Origin: Octopus sinensis
Taxonomy: Eukaryota
Length of the DNA: 64,000 nucleotides
Reading direction: 5' to 3'
Assembly (NCBI RefSeq): GCF_006345805.1
Contig: NW_021831287.1
Span: 124,001-188,000, forward strand
Below the pieces are notes generated by a model, which worked only from the letters and a program-made list of their open reading frames with translations, made no database searches and had not been told where the DNA came from. Positions within the stretch are counted from its first letter, which is position 1; each line of letters starts with the position of its first letter. Positions 1-11,100 of the stretch are shown here, piece by piece. Made by a program: the position numbers and the translations under genes.

Positions 1-516
1 TGGAATGACATATCATGCCGCTATAGATTATATTTTTTATGCCAATATCCAGGTTAATACGATTATCTAAATACCTCAGCTGCCCTTTTTACAACAACTG
101 TGCCACGGGCAACTTCCACTGTTCCACGGACAACTTCTACCGTGCCACGGACGACTTCCACCGTGCCACGAACGACTTCCACCGTTCCACGGACAACTTC
201 CACTGTTCCACGGACGACTTCTACCGTGCCACGAACAACTTCTACCGTGCCACGGACAACTTCTACCATTCCACGGACGACTTCTACTGTGCCACGGACA
301 ACTTCCACCGTGCCACGGACAACTTCCACTGTTCCACGGACAACTTCTACCGTGCCACGGACAACTTCCACTGTTCCACGGACGACTTCTACCGTTCCAC
401 GGACAACTTCTACCGTGCCACGGACGACTTCCTATGTCCAAAGGACGACTTCAACGGCTGCACCTGAAAATAAAGAACTGAACATTCTCTTCAATATATA
501 CGACTGTAATTGTTAA
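1..516 (+). CDS. C-type lectin domain (3' part only; 5' end lies outside the window) followed by a mucin-like PRTTSTV repeat tail
   Basis: Frame 1 from base 1 reads WNDISCRYRLYFLCQYP, a CTLD C-terminal WND..C...FLC motif. A 27-nt GT-AG intron (53-79) joins it in frame to ORF 100..516. Confidence 0.8.
103..459 (+). repeat. 21-bp tandem repeat, 17 units, coding PRTTSTV
   Basis: Unit ccacggacaacttccaccgtg and variants; variation is mostly synonymous in the PRTTSTV frame. Confidence 0.95.
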
Positions 517-1071
517 ATTGTGAATATTAACTACTTACTAATATAACAGTTATAAAAGTATAATATCAAACTAATAAATTGATTTTTGGTTTTGTCAAAA
601 TGATTTGACTTGAATTTTAAAATCGAATATTTTTGTTGTACTTCATTTGTTTGCCAAATTTTTTTTCGAAAGATGAAAATTCTTTTTAGAATCTGACAAT
701 ATTGAAGAACATGAAATTTTATCGTTGGTTCATTTAAGTGACGATTTCTTGCAAAAATATACAATTTGGTGCAAAAATCAAACGTTTTAGAAATTTTTTG
801 CAATCGACAAATAGAGAACTAAATATATAACAGGACTTTATAGGTTGGTTGGAAATCTCCATCTAACATGAGCCCATTTCTCTCTGTTTATACTAGGAAT
901 AGATTAAAAATACATTTTTAAGGTAATTAGTTATTAACACAGACTTGGCTATCAGGTAAACTCCCAAAAATAGCGATCATAACAATTTTTTGAAAATTAA
1001 TTAAGGTTATTATTAATAGCTTTAAATAATGGGGAAAAAGAATAATTATTTAAAAATAATAAATTATCAGC

Positions 1072-1088
1072 CACGTGATAACTTGTTG
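1072..1088 (+). promoter_or_regulatory. Candidate ribosomal-protein core promoter motif CACGTK-ATAW-CTTGTTG
   Basis: cacgtgataacttgttg ends 2 nt before the RPL13A ATG; the same spacing recurs at RPS13. Confidence 0.5.
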
Positions 1089-1090
1089 AC

Positions 1091-1861
1091 ATGAACAGTA
1101 ATAAGGTATACCTCGATGTATGGAATATTAGCCTCTAATTGTGGATGCCAGCAATCATATAGAAGGGAGACTCGCGAGTATAATCGCCAAACTACTCCTC
1201 ACAAGTATGAGAGCCCTTTTGATGTCTTTCAGCAAAGAGAGAAGTGGTGGTACTTCGATGTGAGAAACTGATCGTCTCAGGGTCAGAAAGGAAGAACAAA
1301 TGTAGTCCCGACATTTAAATCCTCAGTGAAATTCCAGTCGTATCTCCACAAGAGAACCAACACAAACCCAAAGAAGGGACCACTCCACTTCCGAGCCCCC
1401 GGGGGAATGTTTCGTAAGGCAGTCCGAGGTTGTGAGTGAGCATAACGAGAAGGAATGATCCCCTATCGGACATCCCGCGGATCAGAGGCCTTCTCCCGCT
1501 TGTCCACCTTCGAAGGAGTTCCTCTCCGATTCCAGAGAACAAAGAAAATGGTTTTCCCGCGTGCTGTGAAGGCGGTATGCTTGAAGCCCCACCGCAAGGT
1601 TGGTCATCCCTCTGACGGCAGTTCACCGTGTTGGGGCAAGTGGCCCGTCGATTTGGCTGGAAGAGTGCCGACTTGGTGGAGGAGTTGGAGGACAAGCGCA
1701 GAGCCAATGCCGCCGTCTTCTACGAGCAGAAGAAGGCCAGAAATGTTTAGTCTTGTTTTATGCCCTCCAAGGAACTCAATCGACAGGCGAGGGAGTTGTT
1801 GGACAAGGACAATAATCCACAGTATGAGAAACTAAAGGCCATTATTTCTCTCTACTCCTAA
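1091..1861 (+). CDS. RPL13A: 60S ribosomal protein L13a (uL13), copy 1; 7 exons, introns of 26, 28, 25, 24, 23 and 27 nt
   Basis: Spliced product (205 aa) MNSNKPLIVDASNHIEGRLASIIAK...VVVLRCE...KRTNTNPKKGPLHFRAP...VRGMIPYRTSRG...LKPHRKF...FGWK matches eukaryotic L13a throughout. Confidence 0.95.
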
Positions 1862-2229
1862 TTTACTTCATTTTTGGATGTTTTATTCCTTATTTTATGT
1901 TATTTTTGAAAGAATTGTACTTTTTGATAGTACAAGATAGGAATCTTTGATATTCGCACTGAAATTTTATTTTTGTACAAATTAAAATTAACACTTTTTA
2001 ATCAATAAAATTCTGGACACTTGGTTAATGCCCACATTTAAGCCGATTATTTCTTGTATTTTCTAATCAATTATTTTACAATGTATTTTACTAAAATTGA
2101 CCAAAGAAAATCTAAATGTTGCACAAAATCTGCATTTTAACTTAGCATGAAATCATTAGAAATAAAAATTGAATTTCATTTTTTAAATTATGCAGATATT
2201 TAAAACATTTGTCAATAATTATAATTATA

Positions 2230-2400
2230 TACAACTACTTTCCTGGGAAAAGGGTTCTGTCTATAACTGGGAAACTGATCGGAAAGAAGACCTTTAACCA
2301 CCGGGAAACCCTTTGGCTGTACCAGAGAATATCTATAGCAATCTTGCGAGGTGACTCGTTTGCTATGCGGGGTGCAGTCACTGGCGAATCCTATTTGTTT
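2230..2400 (+). mobile_element. CRE-clade non-LTR retrotransposon 3'-end relic
   Basis: WLYQRISIAILRG matches the C-terminal motif of the other CRE copies in the window. Confidence 0.6.
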
Positions 2401-2747
2401 TACCCTTTCATACTTTAAATCAGTTTATTATTTTCATTTATATATTTATCTTCTCTAACAAAACTACTTTTCTTCAAATTCAATTTGTTTGCTTATAACT
2501 AAAGCCTATAAATTCTGTATACTATCCACACTTTCAGGAAATTAGTAATAGGACCAATAGGGAGTGACAAAATCAACTGAATATTCTTGAAATAAGACCT
2601 TTTAAGTTTAGGAAAAATGTGGGAGGATAAATTAACGGAATGCAATATATGATTCTTGTATGTTAAAGTCAATATTAGAACGACTAAGGAATAAAATGAA
2701 CTAATTTAATGCAAATTTACGAATTAAACAGTTAAGAAAGTCATAAA

Positions 2748-3275
2748 TCAGTACTTATATCCGTAAAATGGATACCAGTCATTATTTGTCGAATATGATT
2801 GAGGTTCAAAATATTCCATCGTGTCAAAATTCGTGTAGTAAATATCTGGTTGGAGGTTCTCTGAGTTTTGAAAGTAATAATCATATTGAATTATATTTTT
2901 ATCAAATGTAGCGAATTCGACATTTTGAGTAGTGCTTGGAATTTCTAACGGTTTTTTGAATGATTTTTTAGATTTTCTTTTTCGGATTGGACAGTAAGTA
3001 TAGTCTGGATAAGTCTTAAGGTGAAGTATCCTCTCTTCTCTTGCTTTATCGAAGTAGGGTCTTTTGTTTTCTTCGTTCATTTCATTCCAAAACTGACCTA
3101 GCAGTTTTGAAATTTCATGATTTCTGTAATTTGTATACTTCGCAGAAAAATGTTTTCGAGCTTCAGTCGACCAAATAAAAAATGCATTTTTTGGTCGTTT
3201 TATATGAATTTTGTTCATGTCGTTGCTGATTAAGTTTTGGTAATAGTGCTGGTGTGGTCTATCTGGAAATTGCAT
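2748..3275 (-). CDS. Intronless SOX-family HMG-box transcription factor, divergent
   Basis: HIKRPKNAFFIW...RNHEISKLLGQFW...KRPYFDKA...HLKTYPDYTYCP resembles the SOX HMG box. The first ATG inside ORF 2748..3296 is at 3275. Confidence 0.85.
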   Translation of the reverse strand: MQFPDRPHQHYYQNLISNDMNKIHIKRPKNAFFIWSTEARKHFSAKYTNYRNHEISKLLGQFWNEMNEENKRPYFDKAREERILHLKTYPDYTYCPIRKRKSKKSFKKPLEIPSTTQNVEFATFDKNIIQYDYYFQNSENLQPDIYYTNFDTMEYFEPQSYSTNNDWYPFYGYKY

Positions 3276-4329
3276 TTTTGAACGCAGTAAGCTCAAACAG
3301 TCAATTTAAACTACGTTTCGTAACGTAAATCTCGATCGTTGAGATTTTTTTATTTTCGAATGCGGAATTTTCATTTTCGAGAATATTAACTTTTCAAAAT
3401 TAAACTATCATTTCTATTTTATTTTGAGATTTGTATTTTAGTAAGCATATAAACAATTTTTTAAATCTTACGTTTTGAATAAAATATTTTTTTCAACGAA
3501 AATTTAAAAAATCCAAATTAATCTACAAATATTTATTGAAATATTCATTTTTTAAAAATCAGTTTAGAATATTTGGGCTCTAGAGTCGGCTGATTTTTCT
3601 TCCCCTTTAGACACTGTCGGCTTTTTTCGAAGCGACGGTAAGCGTCTCGGGGATGAGGATATTTCCTTTCAGAGAAGGCAAGTCCCTTTTTGGGACGCCA
3701 CCTGCGTCGAATCTTTTTTGGTGACATCTCTACCCAAGACCTGCAGCAATCCGGAGTCCGCCAATGCTTAGAATGAAGAGTTAAGAGTTCGAAATAAGCA
3801 GGTATTTCTCTCTTTATTTTTAGTTTTCTCTCTGCCTTGTAATCTTAGGAATCGTCGGCAAGGCTAGGACTTAACTTTTCACTGACATTGGTAGAAGAAT
3901 CTCTACGAAAACAAACAAATTAAAATATCGACATATTTGCATAATCATCTAATTCACTTATAATAATCTTCCAATATAAATTTTGGAGCGACAAAATAAT
4001 TTTTCAATTAAAATGCAAACGTGAAAAGTAAAATTCCAAATTAGAGACAGAAACTTAAATTTAAATTAAAACAGATACGATAGGAAACTTAAAACAAAAT
4101 TAGAAACAGATATATAAAAGACATTAATTTAGAAAGAAAATTCAAAATTAGAAATTTGTCCATATAAATTTTTATTTACAAAATATAATGATTACATTTT
4201 CAACCACGCTGAGTTAGAATGATATTGAAATTCATAAATCTAAAAAATTATATTACAAAATCTGGAGAATCATCCAAGAATTTAACATTAAATAGAAAAA
4301 AATAAGCAAGATCTTAATATTTATTGGCT

Positions 4330-5340
4330 TTGTAAAAAGTGTTAAAAGATTAAACGATGGGAGGGCCAGCGGCCTGACGGATCACCAAACTGTTCCCCCG
4401 GATAACGGCAATCGAGAACCGCTGGTTTTGGCCCAGTGCTTGCGGAGGAATTTTTCCGTTTTTGGACCAAGAGCATCCAGGTCTCCACAGCTATTGGCAT
4501 CACGAAAAACTCGTCCGAAAGGGCAGAATATTTGGTTAGCTTTAAATCTTCAGCCTTCTTAACAGCAGATTTAGCCTCCAGAGCACACGAAGTCAAGCAG
4601 AAAAAGTATCCCAGCAGGTTGCGTCCCATGGGAGACCTTTTCCGTTCTCAAAAGAGAAAAGGGTCATCCCATCAGGACGTTTCCCGTCACCGCGGTCGAG
4701 ACCTGGTGGTTCGAGGACCGAAGGAAATCCCGCCAAATCGAGGGCCCTCCGTATGATGTCATTCATGGCTGAGTGCCTTGGAAAACGTCCGGCACTCCTT
4801 CTGCACGATAATAGATAAAGACCGAAAGAGTCAACAGTGCAGCCACAACGACGCACGTGCGGGACACATTGTCTTTTCCGAAGCGCAAAGAGATTCCAAT
4901 CCTTACCGATTCATAATCAAGGAGGGTGAGGGGTTCGGGAATGTGCAAAGCCATACTCAACTGGCCGGGGATGCTGCCGAAAGAAGGCAAGCGCGGGGGT
5001 GTTGGTTGGACGACTCGAGCAGCAGATTGAAAGTTTGCTTGCATCCTATTCGATCCTATGTCAAGACATTGTTCCCTCCAGACTTCGCTAAAATGAGCCA
5101 CATTTGTGTCCAAGAAAAATTCAGAAAAGGAGCGTAGAATTTATATGACAAGTGTGTGGCTCGGGGAGAGGGACGAGAGAAAAGCAGGGAATGATAAGTC
5201 GGAACATGAGCGGATGCCGAGATTGTCAAAGACTAACGGGAGGGTTGTCTGTCTCCAACCCCTATCGTCGAAGGGGGAATTGCATATGTTTTGAGTACAA
5301 GTACGGATAAGGTGGTCAATGATTAGTTTTATCGATGCCA
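4330..5340 (-). mobile_element. CRE-clade non-LTR retrotransposon fragment (late RT region, CCHC, restriction-like endonuclease), decayed
   Basis: [56 protein letters not shown] and GWRQTTLP...LGIRS across frameshifted ORFs. Confidence 0.85.
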
Positions 5341-5480
5341 CTAATAAAATAATTCTGTGTAAATGAAGATAATAGATTTTATTATGAAACAAAAAGCGTC
5401 CAAATTTATAATTGATATAATAATTGTTTTTTATGAATTTAAACTCGTAAATAATTTTAATAAAAATAATTAATATTAAG

Positions 5481-5497
5481 CACGTTATATCTTGTTG
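5481..5497 (+). promoter_or_regulatory. Candidate ribosomal-protein promoter motif (cacgttatatcttgttg)
   Basis: Same CACGTK-ATAW-CTTGTTG layout as at RPL13A, ending 6 nt before the ATG. Confidence 0.5.
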
Positions 5498-5503
5498 TCA
5501 AAC

Positions 5504-6037
5504 ATGGGTCGTATGTATGGAAAAGGGTTTGGAGAAACCATTGATTAGAGTAGGAAGGGAAAGTCTCGCTCTGTTCTGCCAATCCAGAAGTCTCGTCCAA
5601 AATGGGTGGGTCTGACTCCTCAGGAAATTGAGACAACAATCTGCCGTCTGGCCAGAAAGGGTCAGAAACCCTCACAAATAGGTTTGATTATGGAAAACAT
5701 CCTCGAGGAGTAACACTTCGAGACTGCTACGGAGTGCCGAATATATCTCGGTGTGCCTCCAACAAGGTGTTGAGGATCCTCAAGAAGAATGGTTTGGCAC
5801 CGAAATGTCCCGAGGACTTGTACTCGCTGATCAGCAAGGCCATCAGCATCCGCAAACACCTCGAGAAAAACAGGACGGACAAGGATTCCAAATACAGACT
5901 CCTCCTCACCGAGAGCAAAATCCACCGTCTGGCGAGATATTACCGAACCAAAAAAGTGTTGCCTCCCACATTTAGATAGTTCGGGTTGCTTGTTCACGTT
6001 TAGTACCTCCACCAATGCCTCCTCTATCATATCTTAG
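5504..6037 (+). CDS. RPS13: 40S ribosomal protein S13 (uS15), copy 1; 4 exons, introns of 27, 26 and 25 nt
   Basis: Spliced CDS of 456 nt (151 aa): [14 protein letters not shown]...PSQIGVTLRD...[45 protein letters not shown]. Confidence 0.95.
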
Positions 6038-6149
6038 ACTAATTGTTTCGTTTTAATAAATGTCGTTCCTTTTAAAATTTTTAGCTATATATGAATTACA
6101 TTGATACCAACTTGTAGAATATGTACAAGTGGATTAACTTATGTATTCG

Positions 6150-6650
6150 TAAGGGAAAATGCTAAGGCCAATTTTTAAGGTTGCATTACTAATCGGGTGA
6201 TTCCAGTTTCTTTAAGGACGGTCCTCATTTTTTCCTGACGTTCTTCCCTTGTTTCTGCACATTTTCTATAGGGGCGCGTCGGGTTTGTCAATGTGTGTGT
6301 CTTCCCCCTCATTTCTTCGCAAGATCCTCTCAAAAATGGCAACATTTAGTTGTTCGTTTGGTTATTCTAGAGTTTTGCAGATTCTTATTGAATTTTGGAA
6401 AATTTTTTCCAGATTGGTGTAGCTGATTGTATTTCCTCACGCTGCGCAGGCGTAACTAATTGTGGGTTCTATTTACTGCTTATAGACGGTTTTGAGAGTG
6501 GCGAGGTTTGTCAACTGCCTGCATTTTTGAAGGAAAACTCTGAGAATGTTGATTTTCTTCATACATCCCATGATCACATTATTCACTTGCTGCGAGAATG
6601 ACTATGGGTGTTGTATATTACTCCTAAAATATTTTGCGATTTTTGGAATG
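6150..6650 (-). mobile_element. CR1/L2-like LINE fragment (post-RT region), decayed
   Basis: The minus strand gives LKTVYKQ*IEPTISYACA, IENVQK and EDRLKETGITRL-like motifs with stops. Confidence 0.55.
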
Positions 6651-7047
6651 GTATTTCGACATCGGCTAAACATAGCTTTACCTCCGCTTTCCAGAGTATG
6701 TTTGCTGAAGTAAAAAAAGAGTAGTAATTGTTCAAGGAATATATTTACTTTACTTAAAACTGTAAAAGCTAGTGAGATAAAAGAAAGTATTATGACGCAA
6801 CAAGTAATGCACTGTCATCATTTTGATTTAAAAATCAAAAATACGAAATTTGGTAAAAATCTTCTTTTTGATTTGTGGGAAATAAAGTCACCTTCTAAAG
6901 TGATATAGTAAGAGATTGAGATATGAAAGAATTCACAATTCTGTCAAGTTTATTTGACTAAACTCAATAAAGTTTTTTTATTTGATTGTGTAAGAAGTAT
7001 TGGTGAATTAACACAGTTGGGCTGCAAATGAAGTAGGTAGATATTTC

Positions 7048-8505
7048 AGTAATAGGGCAGAGCAGACGTGCAAATATGTGGAACCTGCCATGAAGACTGT
7101 AAATGAGACACCAAGAGAGAAAATGTTTGTTTATTTGTGAGACTTCTGATGTGTGTGGTAGACGACGGATTCACAAACAAGTCAGTAAATATGAAACAGA
7201 TTCAAGAATCATACCAAAAATGTAGCAGTCTACCCCCATTTCATCTCCACGAAAATTAAGGGCAAAGTAATATATATTAACAAATACAGTTTAATAAATG
7301 TATTAATTCAATGTCTAACCAATGAGATATTGACAATAAAATTTGACGCTTAATTATAATGTTTCCACTTGTGCTGCTTTTTGTTCACTTTGGGATTCAA
7401 AGTGACTGTGATTTAACACAAAGGTTTTTAAAGAATTGCTCAATTAAAATTAGATCTTTGAGAAATTGTGAATTCAATGCAGAAAATGTTGCCGAACATT
7501 CAAAATCTATTATTATTGCGAACGACATTACTTTTCCCAATGGAGAAATATTCTCTAATTTAACTAACTTGGAGGAATTGTAATCATCATTTTATTAATA
7601 TTAGTATCTGTGGTGGAGTCTCGTTAACGAAAATACTAAACAACTCATTTGATAAATTGGATCGCTTATCCTCTATGTACATTTAAATATTTTGAATTAT
7701 TAGAGGTCTGTTTTCGTGTTATGGACTTCGTTACCTAGATGTAGAGGCCTTTGCAAATGTCATCAGTTTACGATCTTTGTAAAAATCGCATACTAATATT
7801 ACAGTGTAATGCCCTCATATGCCATTTTTCAGTCGCCAAAAATTAGTCGTCCGTTAACCCTTATGTATTTTAAGTTACTCATTGTATAGTATGTATGCGC
7901 GCCAGAAAATGTGCATTTTTACCAATGGATCTCAACCCACAACGTACACTTAAATATTCTCATATAAGTATTACGAATTTCAATCTTCCGCTGACTATAT
8001 TATTAACTGGCAAAAGTTTTAGAATAGATGCGGATTCAGGAATCGGAGCAAGACTAAGAACCGGGAATGCATATGGTGGGTTAGTTCACTCACAATAGAT
8101 TGCAACCTCTGTCGCTATCCAGCATCAAGAAATATGCTGTGCAGAAGGGATTGTGCATAATTAAAAATTCGGATATTACTAATTAACTAACTTGATTATT
8201 CATTCTGATATTTCCTTGTTCCCCTACTTATTTCTAATTAATGTTATATGCATACTTCCTGCATAAATATATACACTTCTTGAGTAGTCACTATTTAGCA
8301 TTCGACCAAACTTCGTTGCTAAGCGATCAACATTCTTCCAGTATTGCCGAAAATAAATGAATGTTCTGTATGAAACACAGAAACCCCTGGGTTATTTCTA
8401 TGCAAAAACCAATGGGAGGATTCAACAGCATCAACGTTGGGATCATTTAAACAATCAAAGAGAATTGCATCCAATGGTTTTTCATTATTTACTCAATTAA
8501 AGGGT
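7048..8505. repeat. Inverted segmental duplicate of about 36725-38165 (LRR gene block)
   Basis: Reverse-complement match over about 1.45 kb, roughly 90-95% identical by eye. Confidence 0.9.
7359..8160 (+). CDS. Secreted leucine-rich-repeat protein resembling a glycoprotein-hormone-receptor (LGR) ectodomain, copy 1; 7 exons
   Basis: Signal peptide MFPLVLLFVHFG. Short exons flanked by phase-2 micro-introns give LEELFICGGVSLTKILNNSFDKLDRL and LRYLDVEAFANVISL. It ends GNAYDCNLC...MLCRRDCA*. Confidence 0.7.
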
Positions 8506-8795
8506 TCTCCTACATTTCTTTCAGTATGTTAAGTCAAGTTTCCCAGTTTTTTTAGATGCTGTATTTGCGCTTGAGGTATTTCGCTATTATAAAAAAATCT
8601 GTTTGCTTTAATGACCCGAATAATCCCATTTTTTATGCATTAAGGACAGAGAATACAAGTCCTCCTTCATCATATCTTAGTTATTTTATTTATTGAATCA
8701 GAAAACCACCTTCATTACCAAAAATAACAAAATTCAGACGATCTAGCCTCCTTCAGCGGTTCTTGGAGCCTTTTTTGATGTACCGACACAATTCC

Positions 8796-10021
8796 CTAGG
8801 GCAAATTTAGTCTCAATATATTGGTCTTCTTTATAGGTCTAGAAGTATCATCAACATCTCCAAAGACGCTGAGCAACCACCGGGAATGTTCCCGAACTTC
8901 GGGGAAGTGTTGTCCAAGGAGAGGTCTTTTTGGATACAATTTAAGATTGTATTTGACGCCATCAGAAACGGGGAACCTTAATCCGATTAATTGTTTTGTT
9001 TTATTGAATAAATCGTGATTTTTATAGTACTTATAAAAAAATGAAATATTCAAAGAAACCAATCAATTGAAAATTAATAATAGCAAGACATTTTCCAGTC
9101 ATATTTGGCTACCATTGGGTCAAAAATATTAGTTTGATAAGACTTGTGGTAACAGGAATTCTGTTTTTTAAAAATATAATTTTACTGTTTTCGTATCCCA
9201 AGTCCATCTTAAATCATTGATTGCGTAACATTCATAATACAGATCAGAATAGTAATAGACGGGATAGACCAAATACATCGTCGGCTGTGGTTTTATTTTT
9301 GGGTCAGTTTCTATCCCAAATATTACATTTTAAAACCAATAGACGCTTTCCGATCATCTCTTTTGTATCTGGGAGTAAAGATGTGCCGAATGCGAATTTT
9401 CTGAATAAATACAAGGCGACAAACCCCCTTTTCTCTAAGTTGGTCGTAGACGAAGACCGCCTTGCCAAACGAGTCAGTATAGAGGACCCATTTGTCAACA
9501 AATTGCCGCCAAGCCTGTACTTCCACGTTTGTAATTCCTGCTGGGTTTAGCAGTTTTTCCCATAATTTCTGAATATTCAATAATTTAACTTGTTCTGTGT
9601 CGAAGCCTAGAATGTAGGCCTCAATTACAATTGGGAGGTTTTTAGCTTTTATTTTTGATTTTGATTTGTTTAAAATAAGAAATGATGAGACTAAAAATGA
9701 ATCTTACTCCTCACGTTCTGCAGCCGAAATGACATCGGCGGGAGTTGCTTTGAACTTGTTCATTCGCTTAAACTTGACTATTTGTGCAATTTCAACGAAC
9801 TCGTCGACGTCAATTATTTTTGGTATGTATCTGTCATATGCCAAGTTGATACTTAATTTTAAGAATTAGTGAATAACTCGGAAAAATAATATTCTAGTTG
9901 AGTCTGGACTTTGTGAATGCGTTCCAATTGTAGGGTAAAGTTGTCCTTTTGGTGGTCCTTTACTAAAATGGATAAATAGTCTGAATATTATACAGTCAAT
10001 TCCTTCATTGCAAACATTCAT
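8796..10021 (-). CDS. La-motif (LARP family) RNA-binding protein with an RRM-like segment and an unrecognised C-terminus
   Basis: Spliced exons give KVQTQLEYYFSDINLAYDRYIPKIIDVDEFVEIAQIVKFKRMNKF, the LAM consensus. Splicing of the 3' exons is less certain. Confidence 0.7.
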
Positions 10022-10515
10022 TAGGGGGAAGGAATACAAAATGGGATATTACAGGACTATATATACAAAAATGTAATCATTTATTATGAAGGTTATTTCA
10101 TAATTATTTGGTAATGTAATTTTGTTGTCTCAAATCGAATTGATCGAACCATGTTCATTTAATGAATAAAAAATGTTATATTTTATGATCTCAAAAATCG
10201 TTCATTATTTGATTAATAATACAGTAAACTATTTTTTTCATTCTAGGTTCCTGTCGAATTTGCGACAAATTTTTGAAATGGAAAATTTCAGAATTTAAAA
10301 TATTTATTAGAAACTTCTCGTAGATAAAAACAGCCAAATTCATGCATAAGTACAACCGAATTATTAAATTTTATCGAAATAATATTCAGTTCCAATTTTC
10401 TTCTTTTTGCTATTTAAAATTTTTTTTTCGAAGATGCATCTTCCCAAGCCATTTTTATAAATAGAACAATGTCTGTGAGTTTTAAATGTTTATATGGTTT
10501 ATATATCGACATGTT

Positions 10516-11100
10516 TTATTTTTCCAATAATCCAGTAAGATACTCCAATTTTTGTTTATTAAAATGCACTTTGAACGTTTTACTAATACCAAAATCCATT
10601 GGCTGAATTATTCTTGTATCTAAGCAATGAGAAGGACAATTGTCTATAAGAAGCAAAATTTTTTCTGCCTTCAAAAGGTAATCAAAGTTTATTATCCAGT
10701 TAGTAAAAATATATACGGCCATCCATGCTCTTTCAAAAACTGCAATACGAAACAAAACACAGATAATCATATTTGTTGAAAAACCTTGGCATTTTTGATT
10801 TTCTAACCAATAAAAACTTCAATTCAAGATTTCCAAACATATTTGCGCATAACATCATAAATACTCTATCTGTGATGTTTTTATATTCTCCAAACAGTCA
10901 TGTAAATACTTCTGGATAGAAGTAGTATATTCCAGTTTCATCCAGGTTAAATGACATTGAAAGTTCTTAAATTTTTTTGAGAAACCCTTCAATGTCGACA
11001 CTTATGTAATTGCACATTTGTTTATGTAATTTCCTTATCTGAAATATATTTCTGCTTAAGTTATGATAAAAATCCATGTGAGTTTTTGAATTATTTAAGA
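10516..11100 (-). mobile_element. pogo/Tigger (DDE_1) transposase fragment, decayed
   Basis: KILLLIDNCPSH and IIQPMDFGISKTFK motifs. Confidence 0.7.

Larger units (their letters stand above)
951..1882. repeat. Inverted segmental duplicate of about 27800-28737 (RPL13A block)
   Basis: The reverse complement of 27800-28737 matches from atcaggtaaactcc to ggatgtttt; ORF translations are identical in the centre. Confidence 0.95.
5460..6310. repeat. Inverted segmental duplicate of about 39663-40490 (RPS13 plus LINE piece)
   Basis: Reverse-complement match covering the promoter, the gene and about 270 nt downstream. Confidence 0.95.

Noticed and set aside
39-467. Alternative-frame ORFs over the 21-bp repeat (39..467 +, 63..371 -, 76..441 -), and a CRISPR-like appearance
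   Set aside because: These are by-products of a stop-free tandem repeat. There are no unique spacers, and the splice junction and synonymous variation support only the PRTTSTV frame.
1315-1815. ORFs 1315..1707 (-) and 1600..1815 (+), their mirrors at 27874-28374, and antisense or off-frame ORFs over RPS13
   Set aside because: They are shadows of the spliced ribosomal-protein genes. Their duplication reflects the segmental duplicate, not independent conservation.
8120-8160. EICCAEG reading, resembling the LGR hinge motif CCAF
   Set aside because: The difference between copies is silent in the MLCRRDCA frame but changes Cys to Tyr in the CCA frame, so the CCA frame is probably not used.
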